Source: an uncultured bacterium
GTDB taxonomy: Bacteria > Omnitrophota > Omnitrophia > Omnitrophales > Aquincolibacteriaceae
Assembly (NCBI GenBank): GCA_964434115.1
Contig: CAYSSX010000006.1
Coordinates: 140,106 to 204,105 of the forward strand
DNA: 64,000 nucleotides
Direction: 5' to 3'
The position numbers and the translations under genes are program-made. Under the pieces are notes generated by a model. That model searched no databases and had not been told where the DNA came from. It worked only from the letters and a program-made list of their open reading frames with translations. This document shows positions 11,867-21,793 of the stretch, piece by piece. Numbering within the stretch: position 1 is the stretch's first letter; every line of letters begins with the position of its first letter.

Positions 11867-13276
11867 ATGGGCGGAGAAAACGTTAAAGACCATTGCGGTG
11901 TATTCGGGATTTTTAATCATCCCGAAGCTGCCCGTATGACGTACCTTGGTCTTTTTGCCCTTCAGCATCGCGGCGAGGAAGCGGCCGGTATTTGTTCAAG
12001 CGATGGCGCAACCCTGCACCTGGAAAAAGGTATGGGGTTGGTTGGCGAAGTTTTTGATGAGCCCCGTATCTCCCGGCTTGTCGGCAGCAACGCCATCGGA
12101 CACACGCGTTATTCGACAACGGGTTCTTCCAGCCTTGTGAATGCCCAGCCCTACAAAGTGGATTATTCCCGGGGCCAGGTGGCCATTGCACACAACGGAA
12201 ATCTTGTCAATGCGCAGGTGCTGCGCGCGGAGCTTGAAGCCTACGGTTCTATCTTCGGCAGCACCACGGATTCTGAAATTTTTATTCACCTCATGGCAAA
12301 ACCCACTTACCGCTCCACTGAAGAGTCTGTCGTGGATTCGATCAAAAGAGTGGAAGGCGCCTTCAGTGTGGTGATGCTGAATGAGCATCAGCTTTTTGCC
12401 GTGCGCGATCCGCATGGTTTTCGTCCTTTATGCCTCGGAAAACTCGGGGCAGGTTATGTCGTGGCTTCAGAAACCTGTGCTTTTGATTTGACGGGTGCTG
12501 ATTTTGTCCGGGAAGTTAACCCGGGTGAAGTCCTGGTGATCGATGCCAAAGGGTTGAGAAGCTACTACCCTTTTGAGGATCAGAATAAGCCCAAGGCCCA
12601 TTGTATTTTTGAACACGTTTATTTTGCCCGGCCTGACTCCATGGTCTTCGGGGATAACGTGGCGGTAACGCGCGAACGCATGGGGAGAAATCTTGCCAAG
12701 GAACACCCGGCCGATGCGGATCTTGTGATCCCGGTTCCGGACTCCGGAAATTTTGCCGCGGCTGGATACGCGCGTGAGTCGGGTATTCCGCTCGGCCACG
12801 GTTTTACGCGTAACCACTATATTGGAAGAACTTTTATCAGCCCGACCGAGTCTGCACGGGCCATTAAAGTCAAAATTAAGCTCAATCCGATCCGCGAGAT
12901 GATTGAAGGAAAGCGGGTCGTGGTGGTGGACGATTCCATTGTGCGCGGCAATACGGCCCGCTCGCGTGTCGCCCTTTTGAGAAGGGCCGGTGCGAAAGAA
13001 GTGCATATGCGTATCAGCTGCCCTCCGCATATTTCCCCATGTTATTACGGGATTGATTTTCCTTCCAAAGCCGAGCTTTTGGCCTGTAATATGAATATGG
13101 AAGAAATCAAAAAATATCTGGATGTGGACAGTCTTGGTTATTTGAGTGTGGAAGGCATGCTGGCTTCCGCGAGCCGCGAGAAATCGGATTATTGTGCGGC
13201 CTGTTTTACCGGTAAATACCCGACGACGATTTTCGATGAAGTCGATAAGCTGAAACTCGAAAAGAAACGCTGCTAA
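11867..13276 (+). CDS. purF: amidophosphoribosyltransferase PurF with an N-terminal propeptide
   Basis: An Ntn-type CGVFGIF follows a 10-residue propeptide (MGGENVKDHC). The PRTase motif VVVVDDSIVRGNT is present, and a C-terminal Cys cluster (CPPHISPCYYG...CAAC) suggests an Fe-S-type PurF. Confidence 0.95.
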   Translation: MGGENVKDHCGVFGIFNHPEAARMTYLGLFALQHRGEEAAGICSSDGATLHLEKGMGLVGEVFDEPRISRLVGSNAIGHTRYSTTGSSSLVNAQPYKVDYSRGQVAIAHNGNLVNAQVLRAELEAYGSIFGSTTDSEIFIHLMAKPTYRSTEESVVDSIKRVEGAFSVVMLNEHQLFAVRDPHGFRPLCLGKLGAGYVVASETCAFDLTGADFVREVNPGEVLVIDAKGLRSYYPFEDQNKPKAHCIFEHVYFARPDSMVFGDNVAVTRERMGRNLAKEHPADADLVIPVPDSGNFAAAGYARESGIPLGHGFTRNHYIGRTFISPTESARAIKVKIKLNPIREMIEGKRVVVVDDSIVRGNTARSRVALLRRAGAKEVHMRISCPPHISPCYYGIDFPSKAELLACNMNMEEIKKYLDVDSLGYLSVEGMLASASREKSDYCAACFTGKYPTTIFDEVDKLKLEKKRC

Positions 13277-13305
13277 ACCCTCCCCCCAGAGACTTAGAAG
13301 GTTGA

Positions 13306-14355
13306 ATGATGACAGCCTTGACGTATGAAAAGGCAGGGGTTCCCCATTTAAAAGGGGATCCCGGCTATAACCGCAAAATTGCTTCTCTCATCCGCTCGAC
13401 ACGTGTTCCTGGAGTGATGGGCAGTGCCCTTGGTTTCGCGGCCCTCTTTGACCCCAAAATGACAGGCATCCGGGATCCTCTTCTGGTGGCCTCAACGGAC
13501 GGTGTTGGCACCAAGCTTGAAGTTGCCGGACTCCAGGATAAGCATGACACTATTGGACTCGATCTGGTCGCGATGTGCGTCAATGATCTCATTACCTGCG
13601 GCGGGCAGCCCGTGTTTTTCCTCGATTATTTTGCGACAGGCCGTTTCGAACCTAAGGTCACGGAACAGGTTTTAAAAGGGATCGTCCTCGGCTGCCGAGA
13701 AGCGGGCTGTGCGTTGATTGGCGGCGAAACCGCGATCATGCCGGGATTTTACGCGGTGCATGAACAGGGTGCTTCTCAGTATGATGTTGCGGGGTTCAGC
13801 GTCGGTGTCGTGGACCGCAAAAAAATGGTGACAGGGGAATCCATTCGAGCCGGGGATGTTCTTTTGGGGCTGGCCTCAACGGGTTTTCACTCTAACGGGT
13901 ACTCGCTTCTCCGGAAAGTTTTTTCTCAGGACCAATTGAGAGGCACTATCGGAAAAGAGCTTTTGATTCCAACACGCATTTATGTGAAGCCGGTTCTGAG
14001 TGTGCTGAAAGCTGTCAAGCTGCGGGGCATTGTCAATATTACCGGAGGCGGTTTCCCGGACAATTTACCCCGCGTGATCCCGGAAGGCCTTGGCGCTGTC
14101 ATTGATGCCGGCAGCTGGCCCAGGGCAAAGCTGTTTCAAACTGTGCAGGATTCTGGTAACATACCCCCTCTTGAAATGTTCCGCACGTTTAACATGGGTA
14201 TCGGAATGGTGCTCGTGATGCGGAAGCAGGACGTTGGAGCAAGTCAGACTATTCTGAAAAAATTCAAAATCCCGTCCTGGATCATCGGAGAGATTGCAAA
14301 AACCGGTAAGCGGGAATCCCGCGTCCGGATTTTCTCCGGCGGCCGGCCGGTTTGA
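13306..14355 (+). CDS. purM: phosphoribosylformylglycinamidine cyclo-ligase PurM
   Basis: AIR synthetase motifs LLVASTDGVGTK and ITGGGFPDNLPR are present. Confidence 0.95.
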   Translation: MMTALTYEKAGVPHLKGDPGYNRKIASLIRSTRVPGVMGSALGFAALFDPKMTGIRDPLLVASTDGVGTKLEVAGLQDKHDTIGLDLVAMCVNDLITCGGQPVFFLDYFATGRFEPKVTEQVLKGIVLGCREAGCALIGGETAIMPGFYAVHEQGASQYDVAGFSVGVVDRKKMVTGESIRAGDVLLGLASTGFHSNGYSLLRKVFSQDQLRGTIGKELLIPTRIYVKPVLSVLKAVKLRGIVNITGGGFPDNLPRVIPEGLGAVIDAGSWPRAKLFQTVQDSGNIPPLEMFRTFNMGIGMVLVMRKQDVGASQTILKKFKIPSWIIGEIAKTGKRESRVRIFSGGRPV

Positions 14356-14381
14356 CGAATCGTTTTTCCGGAGGTTGTTCC

Positions 14382-15662
14382 ATGAAAGTATTGTTGTTAG
14401 GCTCAGGCGGAAGAGAACATGTTCTTGCCTGGAAAATCTCCCAAAGCCCTCTTTTAAAAAAACTCTACGTGGCTCCCGGCAATGCTGGAATTTGTGACAT
14501 TGCCGAGTGTGTTCCTATCCCCGCGACAGATCTTGATGCCCTTGTCGCTTTTGCCAAAAAAGAATCGATCGATTTGACCATCGCAGGTCCTGAAGCCCCG
14601 CTTGTGGAGGGGATCTGGGACCGTTTTAACGCGGAAGGTCTTAAACTCTTTGGGCCCTCTCGCGAGGCCGCTCAGCTTGAAGGCAGCAAGGCTTTTTCCA
14701 AAGATATGATGCATAAGTTCGGCATCCCGACCGCTCATTACGAAGTTTTCTCAAATGTGAACGAAGCCAAACATTATGCGGTCGAAGCAGATATGCCGGT
14801 GGTGATCAAGGCAGACGGCTTGGCTGCAGGGAAAGGCGTGGTCATCTGTAAATCATCCCAGGAAGCCGTTGAAACTTTGACCCACATGATGAGTGACGGG
14901 GCTTTTGGGGATGCCGGTAAAAAAGTCATCATCGAAGAACTGCTGGAAGGGGAAGAACTTTCCATCCTGGCTTTAACCGATGGAGAATCCGTTATTCCTC
15001 TGGCAAGCTCTCAAGACCATAAGCGTGTTTATGACCACGACCGAGGACCTAATACCGGCGGCATGGGGGCTTACTCACCTTGTCCGCAGATCAGCAAAGA
15101 AAAATTTCTCGAGATTGTGGACATTAGTGTGACCCCTATGGTTCGTGGCATGGCGGCGGAAGGGAAACCTTATCGCGGGCTTCTTTATGCCGGAATCATG
15201 ATGACGGAGAAAGGACCTTATGTCCTTGAATATAACTGCCGCTTTGGCGACCCGGAAGCCCAGGCCGTTATTCCGCGTCTCAAATCTGACCTTCTTGCCG
15301 TGATGCTTGAGATTGCCGAAGGCAAACTTAAAACAAAATGTCTCGAGTGGACTGACAAGGCTTCACTTGCCGTGGTCATTTCTTCAGGAGGGTATCCAGG
15401 AGCGTTTGAAAAAGGCCATGTTGTGACAGGCCTGGAATCCTGCAAGGATACTCCTGATGTGAATGTCTTTCACGCGGGAACAGAAAAAAACACTCAGGGA
15501 CAAATTGTTAATTCCGGGGGGCGTGTTTTTACCGTCGTAGCTCTTGGTGAAACGCTCCGGGACGCGCATGACAAAGCGTATCACACGGTTGGAAAAATTC
15601 ATTTCGATGGACGGCATTTCCGCCGAGATATCGGTAAGCGTGCTTTGGAGGTGTTGAGATGA
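14382..15662 (+). CDS. purD: phosphoribosylamine-glycine ligase PurD
   Basis: An internal Met (MKVLLLGSGGREH) with a GGAGG Shine-Dalgarno 8 nt upstream. ATP-grasp GARS domain. Confidence 0.95.
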   Translation: MKVLLLGSGGREHVLAWKISQSPLLKKLYVAPGNAGICDIAECVPIPATDLDALVAFAKKESIDLTIAGPEAPLVEGIWDRFNAEGLKLFGPSREAAQLEGSKAFSKDMMHKFGIPTAHYEVFSNVNEAKHYAVEADMPVVIKADGLAAGKGVVICKSSQEAVETLTHMMSDGAFGDAGKKVIIEELLEGEELSILALTDGESVIPLASSQDHKRVYDHDRGPNTGGMGAYSPCPQISKEKFLEIVDISVTPMVRGMAAEGKPYRGLLYAGIMMTEKGPYVLEYNCRFGDPEAQAVIPRLKSDLLAVMLEIAEGKLKTKCLEWTDKASLAVVISSGGYPGAFEKGHVVTGLESCKDTPDVNVFHAGTEKNTQGQIVNSGGRVFTVVALGETLRDAHDKAYHTVGKIHFDGRHFRRDIGKRALEVLR

Positions 15663-16168
15663 GTTTGCCAAGAGTAGCCATTCTCATGGGAAGCGATTCG
15701 GATTTTGAAGTGATGACAGAGACTGTCGATGCGCTGAAAGAATTTTCCATCCCCTGCGAAGTTCATGCCCTGTCCGCGCACCGCACGCCTCATGAAGTTG
15801 CGGAATTTTCTTCGAAAGCAGAATCGCGGGGCATTGAGGTTTTTGTTTGTGGCGCAGGAGGCGCGGCCCATTTAGCTGGTGTTGTGGCCGCCCATACGAC
15901 GCTTCCTGTGATCGGTGTCCCCATCAATGCGACCTCGCTGGGCGGGTTTGACGCGCTCCTGTCCACGGTTCAAATGCCTCCGGGGATTCCTGTGGCAACG
16001 GTCGCTGTCGGGAAATTTGGAGCCCGGAATGCAGGCATTCTGGCTGTGCAAATATTAGCCCGGGGGGATGCCTCGCTTCGCCCCAAACTTGCCCAGTTCA
16101 AAAAGACGATGGCTGAAAAGGTTAAGGAAAAAGACCGCAAACTGCAGGAAAAGCTCAGCGGAAAATGA
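15659..16168 (+). CDS. purE: N5-carboxyaminoimidazole ribonucleotide mutase PurE
   Basis: PurE motifs VAILMGSDSD, GAGGAAHL and PVIGVP are present. ATGA overlap with purD. Confidence 0.9.
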   Translation: MSLPRVAILMGSDSDFEVMTETVDALKEFSIPCEVHALSAHRTPHEVAEFSSKAESRGIEVFVCGAGGAAHLAGVVAAHTTLPVIGVPINATSLGGFDALLSTVQMPPGIPVATVAVGKFGARNAGILAVQILARGDASLRPKLAQFKKTMAEKVKEKDRKLQEKLSGK

Positions 16169-17226
16169 ATTCCATGATGATTGTGAAGATGAATCCCCGC
16201 GATCCTGACTTGGCGCGTTTGCGTGAAATTGCCAAGGCGAGCCGGGAGGGGAAGATTGTTGGGTTTCCCACAGAAACTGTTTATGGAATGGGCGCGCCGA
16301 TGAGTCAGCGGGGCCTTTCTGAAAAGCTTGCAGAGATTAAGAAACGAAAGGACGGAAAACCGTTCTCTTATCATATTGGGGCATGGGAAATGCTTGAACA
16401 TCTGCAGATAAACCCGAGCCCCATTTTTCGTTTCTTGACCCGGAAGTTCTGGCCAGGGCCATTAACCCTGGTGACAGTCAATCGAAGCGGTCAGCAATTA
16501 GGCATCCGATACCCGAAAAACCTGCTCGCGTCAGCGCTTATTAACTCTGTTGGAGAGCCTTTTATCGCAACGAGTGCAAATCTTAGCGGAACACAATCAC
16601 CGAAATCTGCTCAGGAAATTCCCGCTGAGGTTCAGGGACAGATTGATTACCTTATTGACGCGGGAGTTTGCGAGTTTGGGCAAGACTCCACTATTGTTGA
16701 TTTGACGGACGAAAAAGCCCCTGCCGTCGTGCGTGCGGGGGCCCTAGCCGAGGAAGTTAAAGCGGCCGTTGAAAAAGTGCGGGCAGGAAAATTCCCGCGC
16801 CGGAAAATTCTGATCGTCTGCACGGGCAATTCCTGCCGTTCTCCGATGGCGGAAGGCTGGCTTAAAGACGAACTGGACCGCCGTGGTCTTTCGGATGAAA
16901 TTGAAGTGTCTTCATGCGGCGTCGGAACCCGTGATGGCATGCCCGCGACACCGGAAGCGGTTTATGTGATGAAGAATCGTGAAATTGATATTTCAGAACA
17001 CCGCTCGCAGCAGTGCACGCGGGAAGACATTCTGAGTGCGGATTTGATTCTGGCCATGAGCCAGCAGCATTATATGTTCATTACAAGCATGATGCCGGGT
17101 GCCCGGGAAAAAATAAAAGTATTGAATGTCATCGATCCTATCGGTATGAGTATGTCTGTATATGAAGATGTGATGAATGTTATCGAAAAGAAAATGCAGT
17201 CCTTGTGGTTTGATATCGTAGGCTGA
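16165..17226 (+). CDS. fusion protein: L-threonylcarbamoyladenylate synthase (Sua5/YrdC/YwlC family) plus low-molecular-weight protein phosphatase (YwlE/LMW-PTP family)
   Basis: The N-terminal ~200 aa form a YrdC fold (FPTETVYGMG...FWPGPLTLV...TSANLSG...STIVD). The C-terminal ~150 aa are an LMW-PTP with the P-loop CTGNSCRSPMAEG and a DP loop. Confidence 0.85.
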   Translation: MNSMMIVKMNPRDPDLARLREIAKASREGKIVGFPTETVYGMGAPMSQRGLSEKLAEIKKRKDGKPFSYHIGAWEMLEHLQINPSPIFRFLTRKFWPGPLTLVTVNRSGQQLGIRYPKNLLASALINSVGEPFIATSANLSGTQSPKSAQEIPAEVQGQIDYLIDAGVCEFGQDSTIVDLTDEKAPAVVRAGALAEEVKAAVEKVRAGKFPRRKILIVCTGNSCRSPMAEGWLKDELDRRGLSDEIEVSSCGVGTRDGMPATPEAVYVMKNREIDISEHRSQQCTREDILSADLILAMSQQHYMFITSMMPGAREKIKVLNVIDPIGMSMSVYEDVMNVIEKKMQSLWFDIVG

Positions 17227-17239
17227 GAAAGAGGATAAA

Positions 17240-17689
17240 ATGGCGTTAAAAGTTGCTTTGGCAGGGGATCATCGCGGCGTTGAGATGAAATCCCGCCTTA
17301 TTCGCTTTCTTGAAGCGAAGGGGTATGAGACCGTTGATTGTGGTCCGAACTCTCTGGAATCCTGCGATTATCCGGATTACATGTTTCCTGCAGCAGAAAA
17401 GGTTGCGCAGGGGGATTGCTTTCGCGCCATCGGAATATGCCACAGCGGTATAGGGAGTTCTATTGCGGCCAATAAGGTCAAAGGGGTGCGGGCGGCTCTT
17501 TGCAAGAGCATTGAAGAGGCAAAACTTTCCCGGGCTCATAATGATGCCAATATGCTGATCTTGGGAGCCGGCTTTCTGGATGAGAAAATTTTAGAAACGC
17601 TTGTCGAAACCTGGTTAAACACCCCCTTCGAGGGGGGGAGGCATGAGAACCGTGTTAACAAAATCAAAGCCTATGAAGGAAGCCACTGA
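17240..17689 (+). CDS. rpiB: ribose-5-phosphate isomerase B
   Basis: RpiB/LacAB-family motifs ([15 protein letters not shown]; catalytic Cys-His region) in a 149-aa protein. Confidence 0.9.
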   Translation: MALKVALAGDHRGVEMKSRLIRFLEAKGYETVDCGPNSLESCDYPDYMFPAAEKVAQGDCFRAIGICHSGIGSSIAANKVKGVRAALCKSIEEAKLSRAHNDANMLILGAGFLDEKILETLVETWLNTPFEGGRHENRVNKIKAYEGSH

Positions 17690-17690
17690 A

Positions 17691-18950
17691 ATGCGTTCCT
17701 ATCTTCAAGATCGGGATCCGGAAATTTATGACGCGGTACGCCACGAGGTGATCCGTCAAAATGAAAATATCGAGCTCATTGCGAGTGAAAACTTCACATC
17801 GCTTGCCGTCATGGAAGCTGCGGGAACTCTGCTGACAAATAAGTATGCGGAAGGTTATCCCGCCAAACGCTGGTACGGCGGCTGCGAAAATGTGGATGTG
17901 GTGGAAACTCTGGCGATCGAACGTGCCAAGGCACTGTTCGGCGCGGATCACGCGAATGTTCAGCCGCACTCCGGAACATCGGCCAACATTGCTGTTTTTA
18001 TGGCGCTCCTTCAGCATGGCGACAAGATTCTCGCCATGGATCTTTCACACGGCGGGCATCTCTCCCATGGTCACAAGATGAATTTTTCTGGGAAGTATTT
18101 TGAAATTATTTCCTATGGCGTGAGTCAAAAAGATGAGCGTATTGATTATGATCAGCTGGAAAAGCTGGCGCTTGAACATAAACCCAAAATGATTCTTCTT
18201 GGGGCTTCTGCGTACCCCCGGATTATTGATTTTAAAAGAGGGCGCGAGATCGCGGATAAAATCGGCGCCCTTTTGATGGCGGATATCGCGCATTTTGCCG
18301 GATTGGTTGTTTCGGGGCATCACCCGAGTCCGATACCTTATTGTGATGTCGTAACCACGACTACGCACAAAACCCTTCGCGGCCCCCGTTCGGGTCTCAT
18401 TATGTGTAAAGAAGCTTATGCCAAGGCCATTGACTCCGCGGTTTTCCCGGGGACTCAGGGCGGTCCTCTGATGCATATTATTGCGGCCAAGGCCGTCGCT
18501 TTTAAAGAGGCACTGCAGCCGGATTTCAAAGCTTATGGCGAGCAGATTGTTAAGAATGCAAAAGCTCTCGCGGAGGCTGTTGTGGGGCGGGGGTACCGTC
18601 TGGTTTCCGGCGGGACCGATAACCATCTGATGCTTGTGGATGTGACGGTAAAGGGGATGAACGGTAAGGATACCCAGGATCTTCTGGATCGCGTCAAAAT
18701 TACCGTGAACAAGAACATGATTCCTTTTGATACGGCATCACCCTTTAAAGGGTCGGGCATTCGTCTTGGAACACCGGCTGTTACGACACGCGGAATGAAA
18801 GAAAATGAGATGCGCGAGATTGCCTGTCTTATTGACGATGCGATTGTCTCCCGCGCCGACGAATCGAAATTGGCCTCGGTCCGCAGCCGTGTCGAAGCGC
18901 TGACCAAAAAATTCCCGCTTTATCCGGAGCTTTTGGAGAAGTATCGTTAA
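17691..18950 (+). CDS. glyA: serine hydroxymethyltransferase GlyA
   Basis: Begins at the internal Met [16 protein letters not shown] directly after the rpiB stop. SHMT motifs [10 protein letters not shown] and the PLP-lysine region [12 protein letters not shown] are present. Confidence 0.95.
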   Translation: MRSYLQDRDPEIYDAVRHEVIRQNENIELIASENFTSLAVMEAAGTLLTNKYAEGYPAKRWYGGCENVDVVETLAIERAKALFGADHANVQPHSGTSANIAVFMALLQHGDKILAMDLSHGGHLSHGHKMNFSGKYFEIISYGVSQKDERIDYDQLEKLALEHKPKMILLGASAYPRIIDFKRGREIADKIGALLMADIAHFAGLVVSGHHPSPIPYCDVVTTTTHKTLRGPRSGLIMCKEAYAKAIDSAVFPGTQGGPLMHIIAAKAVAFKEALQPDFKAYGEQIVKNAKALAEAVVGRGYRLVSGGTDNHLMLVDVTVKGMNGKDTQDLLDRVKITVNKNMIPFDTASPFKGSGIRLGTPAVTTRGMKENEMREIACLIDDAIVSRADESKLASVRSRVEALTKKFPLYPELLEKYR

Positions 18951-18953
18951 TTT

Positions 18954-19406
18954 ATGCGCTGCCCATTCTGCAAAGCTGAAAACGATAAAGTCATTGATTC
19001 ACGAACGGCGAACGAAGGGACCGTGATCCGCCGCCGCCGTGAGTGCGAGGACTGCACGCGCCGCTATACGACTTATGAAAGGATTGAAGAAATCCCGCTG
19101 CATGTGGTTAAAAAGGACGGCCGCCGTGAACCTTATGACAGGGCCAAGGCCTTAGACGGAATTTACAAGGCCTGCGGAAAAAGGCCCATTGCTTTGGCCG
19201 ACCAGGATCTGATCGTGGATGAGCTTGAGAAGTTTCTCCGCGACAAGTACGACAAAGAGGTCCCCTCCTCGATTCTTGGGGAATTTATCATGAAACGCCT
19301 GGGCAAGCTTGATCAGGTTGCTTATGTCCGTTTTGCCAGCGTTTACCGGGAATTTCAGGATGTCAGCCACTTCATGAAAGAGCTGAAATCCCTTCTCGTT
19401 AAATAA
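18954..19406 (+). CDS. nrdR: transcriptional repressor NrdR
   Basis: MRCPFCKAENDKVIDSR...CEDCTRRYTTYE zinc ribbon plus an ATP-cone. Confidence 0.95.
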   Translation: MRCPFCKAENDKVIDSRTANEGTVIRRRRECEDCTRRYTTYERIEEIPLHVVKKDGRREPYDRAKALDGIYKACGKRPIALADQDLIVDELEKFLRDKYDKEVPSSILGEFIMKRLGKLDQVAYVRFASVYREFQDVSHFMKELKSLLVK

Positions 19407-19528
19407 GATACGGCGTTCTCAGAAAAAAAGGTTGTAGAATCGTAAGGAAAAAGGCAGACTAACCCACCAGTTTGATCACCCGCTTCATTTTTGATGAAGT
19501 GTTAACTTGAAAAAGGAGAGAATAGAAC

Positions 19529-19780
19529 ATGGCAAAAGGCTCAGCACTTTCCAAGCCCCTGAAACTCAGCTCCGAGATTGAAGCGGTTGTCGGCAAAGGT
19601 CCGATGGCCCGCAGTGAAGTTGTCAAAAAGCTCTGGGATTACATCAAGAAGAACAAACTTCAGGATGCGAAGAATCGGCGCAATATCAATGCTGATGACA
19701 AGCTTAAGACCGTGTTTGGCGGCAAAGGCGTAGTCAACATGTTTGAAATGACGAAATTGGTGTCAAAGCACCTTTCGTAA
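19529..19780 (+). CDS. SWIB/MDM2-domain protein
   Basis: An 83-aa protein with a SWIB-like core (PLKLSSEIEAVVGKGPMARSEVVKKLWDYIKKNKLQD...KLKTVFGG). A GGAGAG Shine-Dalgarno precedes it. Confidence 0.75.
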   Translation: MAKGSALSKPLKLSSEIEAVVGKGPMARSEVVKKLWDYIKKNKLQDAKNRRNINADDKLKTVFGGKGVVNMFEMTKLVSKHLS

Positions 19781-19789
19781 GAAGTCTGG

Positions 19790-20824
19790 ATGATACGTCT
19801 GAAGGATTTCCAGTTGCCATCGGTGGTTGTCCAATCACCGATGGCAAACTGTACCGACCTTCCTTTCCGGCTCATAGCCCGCCAAAAAGGAATGAAGTTT
19901 GCCTACCTTGAAATGGTTTCGGCGCATGCCCTTGTGCATGAGAACCGCAAAACCTTTGAACTCATGAAAACCCTTCCTGAAGACCGTCCTGTGGGAGCGC
20001 AGCTTGTGGGCTGTGATCCTGAGTTTATGGGGAAAGCTGCTGCCATGATTGAAGCCATGGGCTGCTATGACCTTATTGATATTAACTTTGGATGCCCTGT
20101 TCCTAAAATTACGGGGAATGGGGGAGGTTCCTCTTTGCTGAGAGAGCCTGAAAAAGCGCGCTCCATTTTTAAAGCCATTGTCAGCCATGTAAAACGTCTT
20201 CCCGTAACGGTGAAAATGCGCCTTGGCTACAGTGATGCAAGCGGCCATGAAGCCAGTGTCATCGCCAAAATTGCGGAAGAAGAAGGCCTGGATGCCATCG
20301 CGGTTCATGGGCGTACCCGTGAGCAGAAGTATCAAGGTAAAGCGGATTATGAAGCGATCAAAAGAGTGAAAGGGAGCGTCAAAATTCCTGTTTTTGGTAA
20401 TGGGGATGTTTTGGATGGGGCAAGCGCGCTGCGCCTCAAAGAAGTTGCGGGGGTTGACGGAGTCATGATTGGGCGGGGCGCCCTTGGCAACCCTTGGATT
20501 TACCGTGAGGTAGAAGCTGCCCTGCAGGGAGAAGCAGCTCCGCCCGCGCCGACCTTTCAGGACAAAAAGCAAACCCTGCTTGATCATCTCGAACTCGAAA
20601 TTCAGCATAACCCGCGGAACGCGCACCTCCAGATGCGCCGTGTAGCCTGCTGGTATTTCAAAGACATGCCGAATGCGGCCCGGTTCCGTGAGCGGGTTAA
20701 TACCGCACTTTCTGGGACTGAACTACGCCAGGCGATTGTCGAGTTTGACCCTTCCCGCCTGGACGGAGGAGATTTGCCCGAGTCTTCCGCTGGGCCGGTC
20801 ACCCCGCCTGATTCAGAGCATTAA
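19790..20824 (+). CDS. tRNA-dihydrouridine synthase (DusB-like)
   Basis: TIM-barrel Dus motifs are present (LAPMANCTDLPFR-like N-terminus, DINFGCPVPK, and Lys-rich FMN-binding regions). Confidence 0.9.
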   Translation: MIRLKDFQLPSVVVQSPMANCTDLPFRLIARQKGMKFAYLEMVSAHALVHENRKTFELMKTLPEDRPVGAQLVGCDPEFMGKAAAMIEAMGCYDLIDINFGCPVPKITGNGGGSSLLREPEKARSIFKAIVSHVKRLPVTVKMRLGYSDASGHEASVIAKIAEEEGLDAIAVHGRTREQKYQGKADYEAIKRVKGSVKIPVFGNGDVLDGASALRLKEVAGVDGVMIGRGALGNPWIYREVEAALQGEAAPPAPTFQDKKQTLLDHLELEIQHNPRNAHLQMRRVACWYFKDMPNAARFRERVNTALSGTELRQAIVEFDPSRLDGGDLPESSAGPVTPPDSEH

Positions 20825-20899
20825 ACAGGCTCTAAGGCGTTGCAAAGCCCTGGGCCTTGTGTTAACATACGGCCCATTCCACACACCTAAGGAGCTTTC

Positions 20900-21793
20900 A
20901 TGTCCTCCATTTATGAGTCTCTTTCCAAAGCCAGCAGCCTGAAGCCTGAGCAGGAAAATGTTCATCTCAATATCCCTCGTCATCCGCAGATTATCAAGCC
21001 GCCTCATGAAGGAGAGTCTTCAGGAAATTCACGGGCCGCCCATGTGCTTCTTTTTCTTCTGACCATTGCCGCTTTGGGTGCAGCGGCTTATTGTTTTTTG
21101 GCGCTGACAGCAGGACAGCAGAAACAGCAATCCCTTGAGACCAAGTATCAGCAGCTGATGGGATTTTCACAGAGCCTTGAAGCCCGCACGGCTGAGTACC
21201 GGAATGAAATTGATCAAGTGCGCAATCAGCTGGATACGATGTCCGTGGAAAAGGCCGATCTGCAAAAAGAAGTGAGCCGCAGCCGTATTGAAATTTCAAA
21301 TCTCGAAAAAACAGTCCTCGACATTCAAGAGAGAAACCGCAAGCTTGATCAAGAAGCGGCCCGCCTCAAGCAAGCCGCTGCGAGTGTTTTAGGGGAAGGG
21401 GTTTCCGTGGGTGAAAGTTTTCAAGCGACACCCGTTTCTTTTCAGCCTGTGATCCAGCAGACAGCGTCTCCGTCTCCCGTGAATCCCGCAGCGGTTCCGG
21501 CATTAGCTCCTGTGACAGAAAAAAAGAGTCCTGAGTCCATCGCTGCTCAAGGTACCCCGGTGATTACCACCCCTCAAGTCATGACGGTAAACCGGAAATT
21601 TAATTTTGTAGTTATTAACATTGGCATGAAAGATAAATTGAAAATGGGCGACCGGCTTCGTGTCGAACGTGACGGCAAAAACGTTGGAAACGTGGAGATC
21701 GAAAAGCTCTACGATAGTTTTTCTGCCGCGACCATTATCGAGGAAAAGAAGAATCAGCCTATTCAGGAGGGCGATTCCGTTGAAAAGGCCTGA
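20900..21793 (+). CDS. hypothetical bitopic membrane protein: cytoplasmic N-terminus, one TM helix, a long coiled coil, a Pro-rich linker and a C-terminal beta-rich domain
   Basis: TM helix AHVLLFLLTIAALGAAAYCFLAL, heptad-repeat region 21100-21360, and a C-terminal FNFVVINIGMKDKLKMGDRLRVERDGKNVGNVEIEKL...GDSV barrel-like motif. Confidence 0.55.
   Translation: MSSIYESLSKASSLKPEQENVHLNIPRHPQIIKPPHEGESSGNSRAAHVLLFLLTIAALGAAAYCFLALTAGQQKQQSLETKYQQLMGFSQSLEARTAEYRNEIDQVRNQLDTMSVEKADLQKEVSRSRIEISNLEKTVLDIQERNRKLDQEAARLKQAAASVLGEGVSVGESFQATPVSFQPVIQQTASPSPVNPAAVPALAPVTEKKSPESIAAQGTPVITTPQVMTVNRKFNFVVINIGMKDKLKMGDRLRVERDGKNVGNVEIEKLYDSFSAATIIEEKKNQPIQEGDSVEKA

Noticed and set aside
10280-11968. Long minus-strand ORFs (222 aa and 323 aa) inside purL
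   Set aside because: They are antisense to a full-length PurL with intact motifs. Their composition is Arg/Gly/Phe-rich, typical of antisense translation of GC-balanced coding DNA, and they carry no recognisable domain.
19835-20626. 263-aa minus-strand ORF inside the tRNA-dihydrouridine synthase gene
   Set aside because: It is antisense to an intact Dus gene and has no domain or RBS.
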